A stretch of 64,000 nt of DNA from Eledone cirrhosa. Taxonomy: Eukaryota. Of this stretch, positions 45,101 through 64,000 are shown piece after piece. The translations under genes and the position numbers were made by a program. The notes under the pieces are model-generated. The model was not told where the DNA came from. It made no database searches and saw only the letters and a list, made by a program, of their open reading frames with translations. The stretch lies in assembly GCA_964016885.1 (NCBI GenBank), contig OZ024742.1, forward strand, positions 374,046,001 through 374,110,000. The letters run 5' to 3'. Every line of letters starts with the position of its first letter. The stretch's first letter is position 1.

Positions 45101-48100
45101 CATATATAATATATAACATATATAACATATATAACATATATAACATTTAACATATAACATATAACATATATAACATATAACATATATAACTTATATAATA
45201 TATAACATATAACATATAAAATATATAACATATAACATATATAACATATAACATATATAACATATATAACATATAAAACATATATAACATATATAACATA
45301 TATAACATATATAACATATATAACATATTAAACATATATAACATATATAACATATATAACATATATGAAATATATAGCATATAACATATATAACATATAA
45401 CGCATGAAATATATAAGATATATAACATATAGTACATATAACATATGTATAACATATATAATATATATATAACATATATAACATATATAACATAGAACAT
45501 ATATAATATATAACATATAGAACATATAACATATATAATACATATAACATATATAACATATCACTTATATAATATATATAACATATAACATATATAACAT
45601 ATATAATATATATAGTATATAACATATATAACATATGTAACATATATAACATATATAACATATATGAAATATATAGCATATAACATATATAACATATAAC
45701 TCATAACATATATAAGATATATAACATATAGTACATATAACATATGTATAACATATATAACATATATATAACATATATAACATATAATATATAGCATATA
45801 TAACATATATAACATATATAACATATAAAATATAATATATAACAAATATAACGTATATAACATATATAACGTATAACATATATAATATATAACATATATA
45901 ACATATATAACATATATAACATATATAATATATATAGTATATAACATATATAACATATATAACATATAACATATATAACATATATATCATATAAAATATA
46001 TAACATATAAAATATATAACATATAAAACATATATAACATATATAACATATATAACATATATAACATATATAGCATATAACATATATAACATATAACATA
46101 TATCACATATATAACATATAGTACATATAACATATATATATAACATGTATAACATAGAACATATATAATATATAACATATAGAACATATAACATATATAA
46201 TATATATAACATATATAACATATCACATATATAATATATATAACATATAACATATATAATATATAACATATATAACATATAACATATATAACATATATAA
46301 TATATAAGATATATAACATATATAACATATATAACATATAACATATATATAACATATGTAACATATAATATATAGCAAATATAACATATATAATATATAT
46401 AACATATAACATATATAATATATAACATATATAACATATATAACATATAACATATATAATATATAACATATATAACATATAACATATATAACATATATAA
46501 TATATATAATATATATAGCATTTAACATATATAACATATAACATATAACATATATAACATATATAACATGTATAACATATAACATATATAACATATATAA
46601 TATATAAAATATATAACATATATAACATATATAACATATAACATATATATAACCTATATAACATATAACATATCACATATAACATATATAACATATATAA
46701 TATATAACATATAACATATATAATATATAACATATATAACATATATAACATATATAATATATAACATATATTACATATATAACAGATAACATATATAACA
46801 TATATAACATATATAAAATATAACATATATAATATATAACGTATATAACATATAGAACATATAACATATATAATATATATAACATATATAACATATGACA
46901 TATATCATATATATAACATATAACATATATAATATATAACATATAACATATATAACATATATATTATATAACATATATAACATATATATAACAAATATAA
47001 GATATAACATATATATAATATATATAACATATAATATTTAACATATAAATTATATAACATATATAATATATAACATATAACATATATAACATAACATATA
47101 TAACATATAGAATACATAACATATATAATATATATAACATATATAACATATCACATATATAATATATATAACATATAACATATATAATATATAACATAAT
47201 ATTTAAGATATATAAGATATATAACATATATAACATATACAACATATAACATATTTAATATATAACATATATAACATATATAACATATATAACATATATA
47301 ACATATAACATATATCACATATATAACATATATTATATATAACATATAACATATATAACATATATAATATATAACATATAATATATAAGATATAACATAT
47401 ATAACATATATAATATATAACAGATATAACATATATAACATATAACATATATAATATATAACATATATAACATATAACATATATAACATATATAACATAT
47501 ATAATATATAATATATATAACATATATAACATATAACATATATAATATATAACATATATAACCTATAACATATATATAACATATATAACTAACATATAAT
47601 ATTTAAAATATAACATATATAACATACAGAATATATAACATATAACATATATAATATATAACATATATAACATATAACATATATACGATATATAACATGT
47701 ATAACATATACAACATATAATATATTTAATATATAACATATATAACATATATAACATATATAACATATATAACATATAACATATATCACATATATAACAT
47801 ATATAATATATATAACATATAACATATAAAATATATAATATATAACATATAATGTATAAGATATAACATATATAACATATATAATATATAACATATAACA
47901 TATATAATATATAACATATATAACATATAACATATATAACATATATAACATATATAATATATAACATATATAACATATATAACATATAACATATATAACA
48001 TATATAAGATGTATAACATATATAACATATAACATTTATAAAATATAACATATATAACATATAACATATATATAACATATATAACTAACATATAATATTT

Positions 48101-51100
48101 AAGATATAACATTTATAACATATAGAAAATATAACATATAACATATATAATATATAACATATATAACATATAACATATATAATATATAGAACACATAACA
48201 TATATAATATATATAAGATATATAACATGTGACGTATATAACATATATAAAATATAACATATATAAAATATAACATATATAATATATAACATATATAACA
48301 TATAACATATATAACATATATAATATATAACATATATAACATATATAACATATATAATATATATAACATATATAGCATATGTAACATATATAACATATAT
48401 CACATACATAACATATATAACATATATAACATATCACATATTAAACATATATAACATTTATAACATATATAACATATATAATATACATGACATATGTAAC
48501 ATATATAACATATATAACGTATATAGCATATAACATATATAACATATAACATATATAACATATAGAACATATAACATGTATAACATATATAACATATATA
48601 ACATATATAACATATGACATATATAACATATATAACATATAACATATATAACCTACAACACATATAACATATATAACATATAACATATATAACATATAAC
48701 ATATATAACATATATAATGTATATAACATATAACATATATCATATATATAACATTTATAACATATCACATATATAAGATATATAACATATAACATATATA
48801 ATATATAACATATATAACATATAACATATATATAACACATATAACATATAATATATAGCATATATAACATATATATCATATAACATATATAATATATAAC
48901 ATATATAACATATATAACATATATAACATATAACATATATAATGTTTAACATATATAACATATAACATATATAACATATATAACATATAAAACATATATA
49001 ACATATATAACATATATAACATATATAACATATAAAACATATATAACATATATAACTTATATAACATATATGAAATATATAGCATATAACATATATAACA
49101 TATAACGCATGAAATATATAAGATATATAACATATAGTACATATAATATATGTATAACATATATAATATATATATAACATATATAACATATATAACATAG
49201 AACATATATAATATATAACATATAGAACATATAACATATATAATACATATAACATATATAACATATCACTTATATAATATATATAACATATAACATATAT
49301 AACATATATAATATATATAGTATATAACATATATAACATATGTAACATATATAACATATATAACATATTTGAAATATATAGCATAAAACATATATAACAT
49401 ATAACTCATAACATATATAAGATATATAACATATAGTACATAAAACATATGTATAACATATATAACATATATATAACATATAAAATATAATATATAACAA
49501 ATATAACGTATATAACATATATAACGTATAACATATATAATATATAACATATATAACATATAACATATATAACATATATAACATATATAATATATATAGT
49601 ATATAACATATTAAACATATATAACATATAACATATATAACATATATATCATATAACATATATAACATATAAAATATATAACATATAAAACATATATAAC
49701 ATATATAACATATATAACATATATAACATATATAGCATATAACATATATAACATATAACATATATCACATATATAACATATAGTACATATAACATATGTA
49801 TATAACATGTATAACATAGAACATATATAATATATAACATATAGAACATATAACATATATAATATATATAACATATATAACATATCACATATATAATATA
49901 TATAACATATAACATATATAATATATAACATATATAACATATAACATATATAACATATATAATATATAAGATATATAACATATATAACATATATAACATA
50001 TAACATATATATAACATATGTAACATATAATATATAGCAAATATAACATATATAATATATATAACATATAACATATATAATATATAACATATATAACATA
50101 TATAACATATAACATATATAATATATAACATATATAACATATAACATATATAACATATATAATATATATAATATATATAGCATATAACATATATAACATA
50201 TAACATATATAACATATATAACATGTATAACATATAACATATATAACATATATAATATATAAAATATATAACATATATAACATATATAAAATATAACATA
50301 TATATAACCTATATAACATATAACATATAACATATAACATATATAACATATATAATATATAACATATAACATATATAATATATAACATATATAACATATA
50401 TAATATATAACATATATTACATATATAACAGATAACATATATAACATATATAACATATATAAAATATAACATATATAATATATAACGTATATAACATATA
50501 GAACATATAACATATATAATATATATAACATATATAACATATGACATATATCATATATATAACATATAACATATATAATATATAACATATAACATATATA
50601 ACATATATATTATATAACATATATAACATATATATAACAAATATAAGATATAACATATATATAATATATATAACATATAATATTTAACATATAAATTATA
50701 TAACATATATAATATATAACATATAACATATATAATATAACATATATAACATATAGAATACATAACATATATAATATATATAACATATATAACATATCAC
50801 ATATATAATATATATAACATATAACATATATAATATATAACATAATATTTAAGATATATAAGATATATAACATATATAACATATCCAACATATAACATAT
50901 TTAATATATAACATATAAAACATATATAACATATATAACATATATAACATATAACATATATCACATATATAACATATATTATATATAACATATAACATAT
51001 ATAACATATATAATATATAACATATGATATATAAGATATAACATATATAACATATATAATATATAACATATAACATATATAATATATAACATATATAACA

Positions 51101-54100
51101 TATAACATATATAACATATATAACATATATAATATATAATATATAACATATATAACATATATAACATATAACATATATAATATATAACATATATAACATA
51201 TAACATATAACATATATAATATATAACATATATAACATATAACATATATACGATATATAACATATATAACACATACAACATATAATATATTTAATATATA
51301 ACATATATAACATATATAACATATATAACATATATAACATATAACATATATCACATATATAACATATATAATATATATAACATATAACATATAACATATA
51401 TAATATATAACATATAATGTATAAGGTATAACATATATAACATATATAATATATAACATATAACATATATAATATATAACATATATAACATATAACATAT
51501 ATAACATATATAACATATATAATATATAACATATATAACATATATAACATAAAACATATATAACATATATAAGATATATAACATATATAACATATAACAT
51601 TTATAAAATATAACATATATAACATATAACATATATATAACATATATAACTAACATATAATATTTAAGATATAACATTTATAACATATAGAAAATATAAC
51701 ATATAACATATATAATATATAACATATATAACATATAACATATATAATATATAGAACATATAACATATATAATATATATAAGATGTATAACATGTGACGT
51801 ATATAACATATATAAAATATAACATATATAAAATATAACATATATAATATATAACATATATAACATATAACATATATAACATATATAATATATAACATAT
51901 ATAACATATATAACATATATAATATATATAACATAGATAGCATATGTAACATATATAACATATATCACATACATAACATATATAACATATATAACATATC
52001 ACATATTAAACATATATAACATTTATAACATATATAACATATATAATATACATGACATATGTAACATATATAACATATATAACGTATATAGCATATAACA
52101 TATATAACATATATAACATATAACATATATAACATATAGAACATATAACATGTATAACATATATAACATATATAACATATATAACATATCACATATATAA
52201 CATATATAACATATAACATATATAACCTACAACACATATAACATATATAACATATAACATATATAACATATAACATATATAACATATATAATGTATATAA
52301 CATATAACATATATCATATATATAACATTTATAACATATCACATATATAAGATATATAACATATAACATATATAATATATAACATATATAACATATAACA
52401 TATATATAACACATATAACATATAATATATAGCATATATAACATATATATCATATAACATATATAATATATAACATATATAACATATATAACATATATAA
52501 CATATAGCATATATAATGTATAACATATATAACATATAACATATATAACATGTATAACATATATAACATATATAACATATATAACATATAACATATAAAA
52601 TATATAACATATATAACATATATAACATATATAAAATATAAAATATATAACATATATAACATATAACATATATAACATATATAACATATATAACATATAT
52701 AACATATAACATATATAATATATAACATATATAACATATAACATATATAACATATATAACATATATAACATATATAACATTTAACATATATAACACATAT
52801 AACATATAACATATATAATATATAACATATATAACATATAACATATATATAACACATATAACATATAATATATAGCATATATAACATATATAACATATAA
52901 TATATATAATATATATAACATATATAACATATATGACATATAACATATATAATATATAACGTAAATAACATATAACCTATATAACATATATAATATATAA
53001 CATATATAACATATATAACATATGTAACATATATAACATATAACATATATATAACATATATAACATATAATATATAACATATATAACATATAACATATAT
53101 AATATATAACATATATAACATATATAACATATATAACATATATAACATATAACATATATAATATATAACATATATAACATATAACATATATAACATATAT
53201 AACATATATGACATATATAACATTTAACATATATAACACATATAACATATAACATATATAACATACAACATATATAACATATATAACATATATAACATAT
53301 ATAACATATAACATATATAACATTTGTAATGTATAACATATAACATATATAATATATAACATATATTACATATATAACATATAACATATATAACATATAT
53401 AACATATAACATATATAATATATAATATATACAACATATAACATATATAATATATAACATATATAATATATATAACATTTATAACATATAACATATATAA
53501 CATATATAACATATATAACACATAACATATATAATATATAACGTATATAACATATATAACATATATAACATATATAACATATAACATATATAATATATAA
53601 CATATATTACATATATAACATATATAACATATAACATATATAACATATATAACATATATAATATATATAGCATATAACATATATAACATATAACATATAA
53701 CATATATAACATATATAACATATATAACATACAACATATATAACATATATAACATATATAACATACAACATATATAACATATATAACATATATAACATAT
53801 AATATATATAATATATAACATATATAACATATAACATATATAACATATTTAATATATAAGATATATAACATATATAACATATAACATATATATAACATAT
53901 ATAACATATAATATATAGCATATATAACATATATAATATATATAACATATAACATATATAATATATAACATATATAACATATATAACATATAACATATAT
54001 AATATATAACATATAATCATATAACATATATAACATATATAACATATATGACATATATAACGTTTAACATATATAACACATATAACATATAACATATATA

Positions 54101-57100
54101 ACATACAACATATATAACATATATAACATATATAACATATAACATATATAACATTTGTAATGTATAACATATAACATATATAATATATAACATATATTAC
54201 ATATATAACATATAACATATATAACATATATAACATATAACATATATAATATATAATATATACAACATATAACATATATAATATATAACATATATAATAT
54301 ATATAACATTTATAACATATAACATATATATAACATATATAACATATAATATATAACATATATAACACATAACATATATAATATATAACGTATATAATAT
54401 ATATAACAGATATAACATATAACATATATAATATATAACATATATTACATATATAACATATATAACATATAACATATATAATATATAACATATATAACAT
54501 ATAACATATATAACATATATAATATATATAGCATATAACATATATAACATATAACATATAACATATATAACATATATAACATATATAACATACAACATAT
54601 ATAACATGTATAACATATATAACATACAACATATATAACATATAACATATATAACATATTTAATATATAAGATATATAACATATATAACATATAACATAT
54701 ATATAACATATATAACATATAATATATAGCATATATAACATATATAATATATATAACATATAACATATATAATATATAACATATATAACATATATAACAT
54801 ATAACATATATAATATATAACATATATAACATATAACATATATAACATATATGATATATATAATATATATAGCATATAACATATATAACATATATAACAT
54901 ATATAACATATATAACATGTATAATATATAACATATAACATATATAATATATAAAATATATAACATATATAACATATATAACATATAACATATATATAAC
55001 CTATATAACATATAACATATAACATATAACATATATAACATATATAATATATAACATATAACATATATAATATATAACATATATAACATATATAACATAT
55101 ATAATATATAACATATATAACATATATAACAGATAACATATATAACATATATAACATATATAACATATAACATATATAACATATAACATATATAACATAT
55201 ATAACATATAACATATATAATATATAATATATACAACATATAACATATATAATATATAACATATATAATATATATAACATTTATAACATATAACATATAT
55301 ATAACATATATAACATATAATATATAACATATATAACACATAACATATATAATATATAACGTATATAACATATATAACATATATAACATATATAACATAT
55401 ATAACATATAACATATATAATATATAACATATATTACATATATAACATATATAACATATAACATATATAATATATAACATATATAACATATAACATATAT
55501 AACATATATAACATATATAATATATATAGCATATAACATATATAACATATAACATATAACGTATATAACAGATATAACATATATAACATACAACATATAT
55601 AACATATATAACATATATAACATACAACATATATAACATATATAACATATATAACATATAACATATATAATATATAACATATATAACATATAACATATAT
55701 AACATATATAATATATAAGATATATAACATATATAACATATATAACATATAACATATATATAACATATATAACATATAATATATAGCATATATAACATAT
55801 ATAATATATATAACATATAACATATATAATATATAACATATATAACATATATAACATATAACATATATAATATATAACATATATAACATATAACATATAT
55901 AACATATATAATATATATAATATATATAGCATATAACATATATAACATATATAACATATATAACATATATAACATGTATAACATATAACATATATAACAT
56001 ATATAATATATAAAATATATAACATATATAACATATATAACATATAACATATATATAACCTATATAACATATAACATATAACATATAACATATATAATAT
56101 ATAACATATAACATATATAATATATAACATATATAACATATATAACATATGTAACATATATAATATATAACATATATAATATATATAACAGATAACATAT
56201 ATAACATATATAACATATATAACATATAACATATATAATATATAACGTATATAACATATAGAACATATAACATATAATATATATAACATATATAACATAT
56301 GACATATATCATATATATAACATATAACATATATAATATATCACATATAACATATATAACATATATATAACAAATATAACATATAACATATATATAACAT
56401 ATATAACATATAATATTTAACATATAACATATATAACATATATAATATATAACATATAACATATATAATATAACATATATAACATATAGAATACATAACA
56501 TATATAATATATATAACATATATAACATATCATATATATAATATATATAACATATAACATATATAATATATAACATAATATTTAAGATATATAAGATATA
56601 TAACATATATAACATATACAACATATAACATATTTAATATATAACATATATAAAATATATAACATATATAACATATATAACATATAACATATATCACATA
56701 TATAACATATATAATATATATAACATATAACATATATAACATATATAATATATAACATATAATATATAAGATATAACATATATAACATATATAATATATA
56801 ACATATAACATATATAATATTTAACATATATAACATATAACATATATAACATATATAACATATATAATATATAACATATATAACATATATAACATATGAC
56901 ATATATAACATATATAACATATATAACATATTACATATATAATATATAACATATATAACATATAACATATAAAAGATATATAATATATAACATATATATA
57001 ACATATATAACATATAACATATATATAATATATATAACTAACATATAATATTTAAGATATAACATATATAACATTTAGAATATATAACATATAACATATT

Positions 57101-58934
57101 TAATATATAACATATATAACATATAACATATATAAGATATATAACATATATAACATATACAACATATAACATATTTAATATATAACATATATAACATATA
57201 TAACATATATAACATATATAACATATAACATATATCACATATATAACATATATAATACATATAACATATAACATATATAACATATATAATATATAACATA
57301 TAATATATAAGATATAACATATATAACATATATAATATATAACATATAACATATATAATATATAACATATGTAACATATAACATATATAACATATATAAC
57401 ATATATAATATATAACATATATAACATATATAACATATAACATATATAACATATATAACATATATAACATATAACATATATAAAATATAACATATATAAC
57501 ATATAACATATATAAGATATATAATATATAACATATATATAACATATATAACATATAACATATATATAACTTATATAACTAACATATAATATTTAAGATA
57601 TAACATATATAACATATAGAAAATATAACATATAACATATATAATATATAACATATATAACATATAACATATATAATATATAGAACATATAACATATATA
57701 ATATATATAAGATATATAACATGTGACGTATATAACGTATATAAAATATAACATATATAAAATATAACATATATAATATATAACATATATAACATATAAC
57801 ATATATAACATATATAACATATATAACATATAACATATATATAACATATATAACATATAATATATAACATATATAACATATAAAACATATAACATATATA
57901 ACATATAACATATATAACATATATAACATATAGACCATATAACATATATAATATATAACATATATAACATATAGAACATATACCATATATAACATATATA
58001 ACATATATAACATATAACATATATAATATATAACATATATAACATATATAACATATATAACATATATAATATATAACATATATAACATATATAACATATA
58101 TAACATATATAACATATAACATATACCATATTTAAGATATTTAACATATAACATATATAACATGTATAACATATATAAAATATATAACATATAACATATA
58201 TAATATATAACGTATAGAACATATAACATATATAATATATATAACATATATAGCATATATTACATATATGACATATAACATATATAACATATATAATATA
58301 TAACATATATAACATATATAAGATATGTAACATATATAACATATAACATATATATAACATATATAAGATATAATATATAACATGTATAACATATATAACA
58401 TATATAACATATAACATATATAATATATAACATAAATAACATATATAACATATATGACATATAACATATATAATATATAACATATATAACATATAACATA
58501 TATAACATATATAATATATAACATAGATAACATATATAACATATAACATATATAACATATATAACATATAACATATATAATATATAATATATATAACATA
58601 TAACATATATAATATATAACATATATGATATATATAACATATATAACATATAACATATATATAACATATATAACATATAATATATAACATATATAACACA
58701 TAACATATATAATATATAACATATATAACATATATAACATATATAACATATATAACATATATAACATATAACATATATAATATATAACATATATTACATA
58801 TATAACATATATAACACATAACATATATAATATATAACATATATAACATATAACATAAATAACATATATAACATATATAATATCTATAGCATATAACATA
58901 TATAACATATAACATATAACATATATAACATATA

Positions 58935-59989
58935 CTAGCAGTAAAGCCCGGCGTTGCTCGGGGTCGCTCAGTAGCTGTGTTAAAGTTACAATGTTAAGTT
59001 TCTTTTTTGGCTTAAAAACTGTAGTGTCTACTGTGCTGACTTGCATGTGGTGTTTTTGATTCATATTCCCTCAACCAACAATATGCCTTATGAAGTTAAG
59101 AAAACATAACGATAACCCGAATGTTATAACAAAAGAGGATGCTGGGGATAAAAACTGCACTGGTTATTTATTAACAAAGATCGAAAATGTAAACACTGCA
59201 ACGCAGAGAAAAACATGAGCGTAACCAAATTATCAGTTATGTCTGTCTGCACGCCTATATCACCTCTCTGCACGACTGTCTGTCTGCACGCCTATATCAC
59301 CTCTCTGCACGACTGTCTGTCTGCACGCCTATATCACCTCTCTGCACGACTGTCTGTCCGCACGCCTATATCACCTCTCTGCACGATTGTCTGTCAGCAC
59401 GCGTATATCACCTCTCTGCACGACTGTCTGTCTGCACGACTGTCTGTCTGCACGACTGTCTGTCTGCACGCCTAACGAAATTTACAGATACATATATTTT
59501 AAATAAACTTATATAATTTTTGCTTTTTTTTACGAAATATTTGCTTGTTTTACGTAGTCTTTAAATAGACTTGTTTTCAAGTAAAAATATTGTTTTAAAA
59601 TGCTTTTAAATGGAAATGAAGCAAAACGGAAGCTTAGTGTTCGAACTGATGAATTTTGCAGGTCAATATTTTGCTGGCTCGACAACTGTTCGTGTATTGT
59701 GTTAATGTCATTTTAAACGCTGAGAAAGCCAGCGTAATTTTTTACGTAAGACGCTCAATGTAAACAGAACAAAGGGAAATAACTGATAACTTACGCTCAA
59801 AAATCGATACATTATATTCAATTTCGTCACATAGGGTGGGTCAATTTGAAATATTTTTTTCCGATGTCTTCGGTACGGCTCAGTGTACAAGTATAGCAAT
59901 TTCGGTGCAATTCCATGAGATATTCTAACAGGAGATGTGTGCCAAAAATCGATAGACAGACAGACAACCACAGTTTTTATATATATAGT
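58935..59989 (-). mobile_element. Non-autonomous Helitron, ~1055 bp
   Basis: The minus-strand 3' end CCCGAGCAACGCCGGG-CTTTACTG-CTAG|T has the GC hairpin, CTAG and a T flank. The 5' end reads (A)CTATATATATAAAAA...GTCTGTCTGTCT. No TSD or TIR. The canonical 5' TC reads AC here. Confidence 0.82.
59240..59473. repeat. 37-bp minisatellite (5 copies) followed by 16-bp sub-unit repeats, inside the Helitron
   Basis: Unit CTGCACGCCTATATCACCTCTCTGCACGACTGTCTGT. ACGC(C/G)TATAT recurs at 59251, 59288, 59325, 59362 and 59399. Confidence 0.93.
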
Positions 59990-62900
59990 TAACATATATA
60001 ACATACAACATACATAACATATATAACATATATAACATATATAACATATAACATATAATATATATAACATATATAATATATAACATATATAACTTATATA
60101 ACATATAACATATATAACATATATAACATATATAATATATAATATATAACAACATATAACATATATAACATACATAATATATATAATATAACATTTTATA
60201 TATATAACATATATAAAATATATAACATATATAAAATCTATAACATATATAACATATAATATATATAACATATAACATATATAATATGTATAACATATAT
60301 AACATATATAACATACAACATATATAATATGTATCACATATATAACATATATAACATATATAATATATATAACATATATAACATATATGACATATGTAAC
60401 ATATATAACATATATCACATACATAACATATATAACATATATAACATATCACATATTAAACATATATAACATATATAACATATATAACATATATAACATA
60501 TATAACATATATGACATATGTAACATATATAACATATATAACGTATGTAGCATATAACATATATAACATATATAACATATAACATATATAACATATAGAA
60601 CATATAACATATATAACATATATAACATATATAACATATATAACATATGACATATATAACATATATAACATATAACATATATAACATACAACATATATAA
60701 CATATATAACATATAACATATATAACATATAACATATATAACATATATAATATATATAACATATAACATATATCATATATATAACATATATAACATATCA
60801 CATATATAAGATATATAACATATAACATATATAATATATAACATATATAACATATAACATATATATAACACATATAACATATAATATATAGCATATATAA
60901 CATATATAACATATAACATATATAATATATAAAATATGTAACATATATAACATATGTAACATATAACATATATAATATATAACATATATAACATATAACA
61001 TATATAACATGTATAACATATATAACATATATAACATATATAACATATAACATATAAAATATATAACATATATAACATATATAACATATATAACATATAT
61101 AAAATATATAATATATAACATATATAACATATAACATATATAACATATATAACATATATAACATATATAACATATAACATATATAATATATAACATATAT
61201 AACATATAACATATATAACATATATAACATATATAACATATATAACATTTAACACATATAACACATATAACATATAACATATATAATATATAACATATAT
61301 AACATATAACATATATATAACACATATAACATATAATATATAGCATATAATATATATAACATAAATAATATATAACATATAACATATAACATATATAACA
61401 TATAATATATATAACATATATAACATATATAACATATATAACATATAACATATATAATATATAACATACATAACATATAACATATATAAGATATATAATA
61501 TATAACATATATATAACATATATAACATATAACATATATATAACATATATAACTAACATATAATATTTAAGATATAACATATATAACATATAGAATATAT
61601 AACATATATCATATATAATATATAACATTATATAACATATATAAGATATATAACATATATATCATATACAACATATAACATATTTAATATATAACATATA
61701 TAACATATATAACATATATAACAGATATAACATATAACATATATCACATATATAACATATATAATATATATAACATATAACATATATAACATATATAATA
61801 TATAACATATAATATATAAGATATAACATATATAACAGATATAATATATAACATATAACATATATAATATATAACATATATAAACATATAACATATATAA
61901 CATATATAACATATATAATATATAACATATATAACATATATAAAATATAACATATATAACATATATAACATATATAACATATGTAACATATAACATATAT
62001 AAAATATAAACATATATAACATATAACATATATAAGATATATAATATATAACATATATACAACATATATAACATATAACATATATATAACATATATAACT
62101 AACATATAATATTTAAGATATAACATATAACATATAGAAAATATAACATATAACATATATAATATATAACATATATAACATATAACATATATAATATATA
62201 GAACATATAACATATATAATATATATAAGATATATAACATGTGACGTATATAACATATATAAAATATAACATATATAAAATATAACATATATAATATATA
62301 ACATATATAACATTAAACATATATAACATATATAATATATAACATATATGACATATATAACATATAAGATATATATAACATATATAACATATAATATATA
62401 ACATATATAACATATAAAACATATAACATATATAACATATAACATATATAACATATATAACATATAGAACATATAACATATATAATATATAACATATATA
62501 ACATATAGAACATATACCATATATAACATATATAACATATATAACATATAACATATATAATATATAACATATATAACATATATAACATATATAACATATA
62601 ACATATATAATATATAACATATATAACATATAACATATATAACATATATAACATATATAACATATATAATATATAACATATATAACATATATAACATATA
62701 TAACATATATAACATATATAACATATAACATATAACATATGTAAGATATTTAACATATAACATATATAACATATATAACATATATAAAATATATAACATA
62801 TAACATATATAATATATAACGTATAGAACATATAACATATATAATATATATAACATATATAGCATATATAACATATATGACATATAACATATATAACATA

Positions 62901-64000
62901 TATAATATATTACATATATAACATATATAAGATATGTAACATATATAACATATAACATATATATAACATATATAAGATATAATATATAACATGTATAACA
63001 TATATAACATATATAACATATAACATATATAATAGATAACATAAATAACATATATAACATATATGACATATAACATATATAATATATAACATATATAACA
63101 TATCACATATATAACATATATAATATATAACATAGATAACATATATAACATATAACATATATAACATATATAACATATAACATATATAATATATAATACA
63201 TATAACAGATAACATATATAAAATATAACAAATATGATATATATAACATATATAACATATAACATATATATAACATATATAACATATAATATATAACATA
63301 TATAACACATAACATATATAATATATAACATATATAACATATATAACATATATAAGATATATAACATATAACATATAACATATATAACATATATAACATA
63401 TATAACATACAACATACATAACATATATAACATATATAACATATATAACATATAACATATAATATATATAACATATATAATATATAACATATATAACTTA
63501 TATAACATATAACATATAAAACATATATAATATATAATATATAACAACATATAACATATATAACATATATAATATATATAACATATAATATATATAACAT
63601 ATAACATATATAATATGTATAACATATATAACATATATAACATACAACATATATAATATGTATAACATATATAACATATATAACATATATAATATATATA
63701 ACATATATAACATATGTAACATATGTAACATATATCACATACATAACATATATAACATATATAACATGTCACATATTAAACATATATAACATTTATAACA
63801 TATATAACATATATAACATATATGACATATGTAACATATATAACATATATAACGTATATAGCATATAACATATATAACATATGTAACATATAACATATAT
63901 AACATATAGAACATATAACATAAATAACATATATAACATATATAACATATATAACATATGACATATATAACATATATAACATATAACATATATAACATAC
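59990..64000. repeat. AT-rich satellite, block 3 (continues past the window end)
   Basis: Same units and polarity as blocks 1 and 2. Segments resemble the regions starting near 51965 and 57580. Confidence 0.97.

Larger units (their letters stand above)
15968..58934. repeat. AT-rich satellite, block 2 (~43 kb) with kb-scale higher-order duplications
   Basis: Same units and polarity as block 1. Rare variant markers and ORF-track strings recur at offsets of ~3.0, 3.095, 1.34, 2.7 and 3.6 kb. Confidence 0.97.

Noticed and set aside
59240-59473. 37-bp repeats resembling a CRISPR array
   Set aside because: The units are contiguous with no unique spacers, there are no cas genes, and the context is eukaryotic.
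59645-59670. CTGATGA as a second hammerhead core
   Set aside because: No stem II followed by GAAA, and no stem I.
12311-63998. Very many long minus-strand ORFs (up to 778 aa) of Y/M/L/V/I/C
   Set aside because: Satellite artefact. TTA, CTA and TCA are rare on the + strand, so minus-strand stops are rare. All three frames are open and low-complexity.

Overview
This is eukaryotic, repeat-dominated DNA with no recognisable host gene; the repeat families suggest an octopus or other cephalopod genome (inference, no search run). 1-7.2 kb is a pile-up of six young retroelements separated only by (TA)n tracts. Four are 5'-truncated RTE-clade LINEs of two subfamilies with open RT frames, a PHD-type C4HC3 finger inside the RT and (GAT)n tails. 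Two are tRNA/CORE-type SINEs that share the LINE 3' tail. Just downstream is a minimal hammerhead ribozyme of Penelope type (7268-7303, minus strand). 7.3-12.3 kb holds older debris: a CR1 3' end folded into a 45-bp perfect inverted repeat, a Rex3/Expander-like RTE with a (GAA)41 tail, a Tc1/mariner-type MITE and SINE remnants. 12.36-64 kb is a ~50-kb, almost G-free satellite of TATAACA/TATATAACA units with kb-scale higher-order duplications. It is interrupted only by an RTE insertion with a twin-priming-type inversion (15.39-15.97 kb) and a non-autonomous Helitron carrying a 37-bp minisatellite (58.9-60.0 kb). The long Tyr/Met/Leu/Val/Ile/Cys ORFs are satellite artefacts. Family names come from remembered motifs, and identities are rough hand counts.
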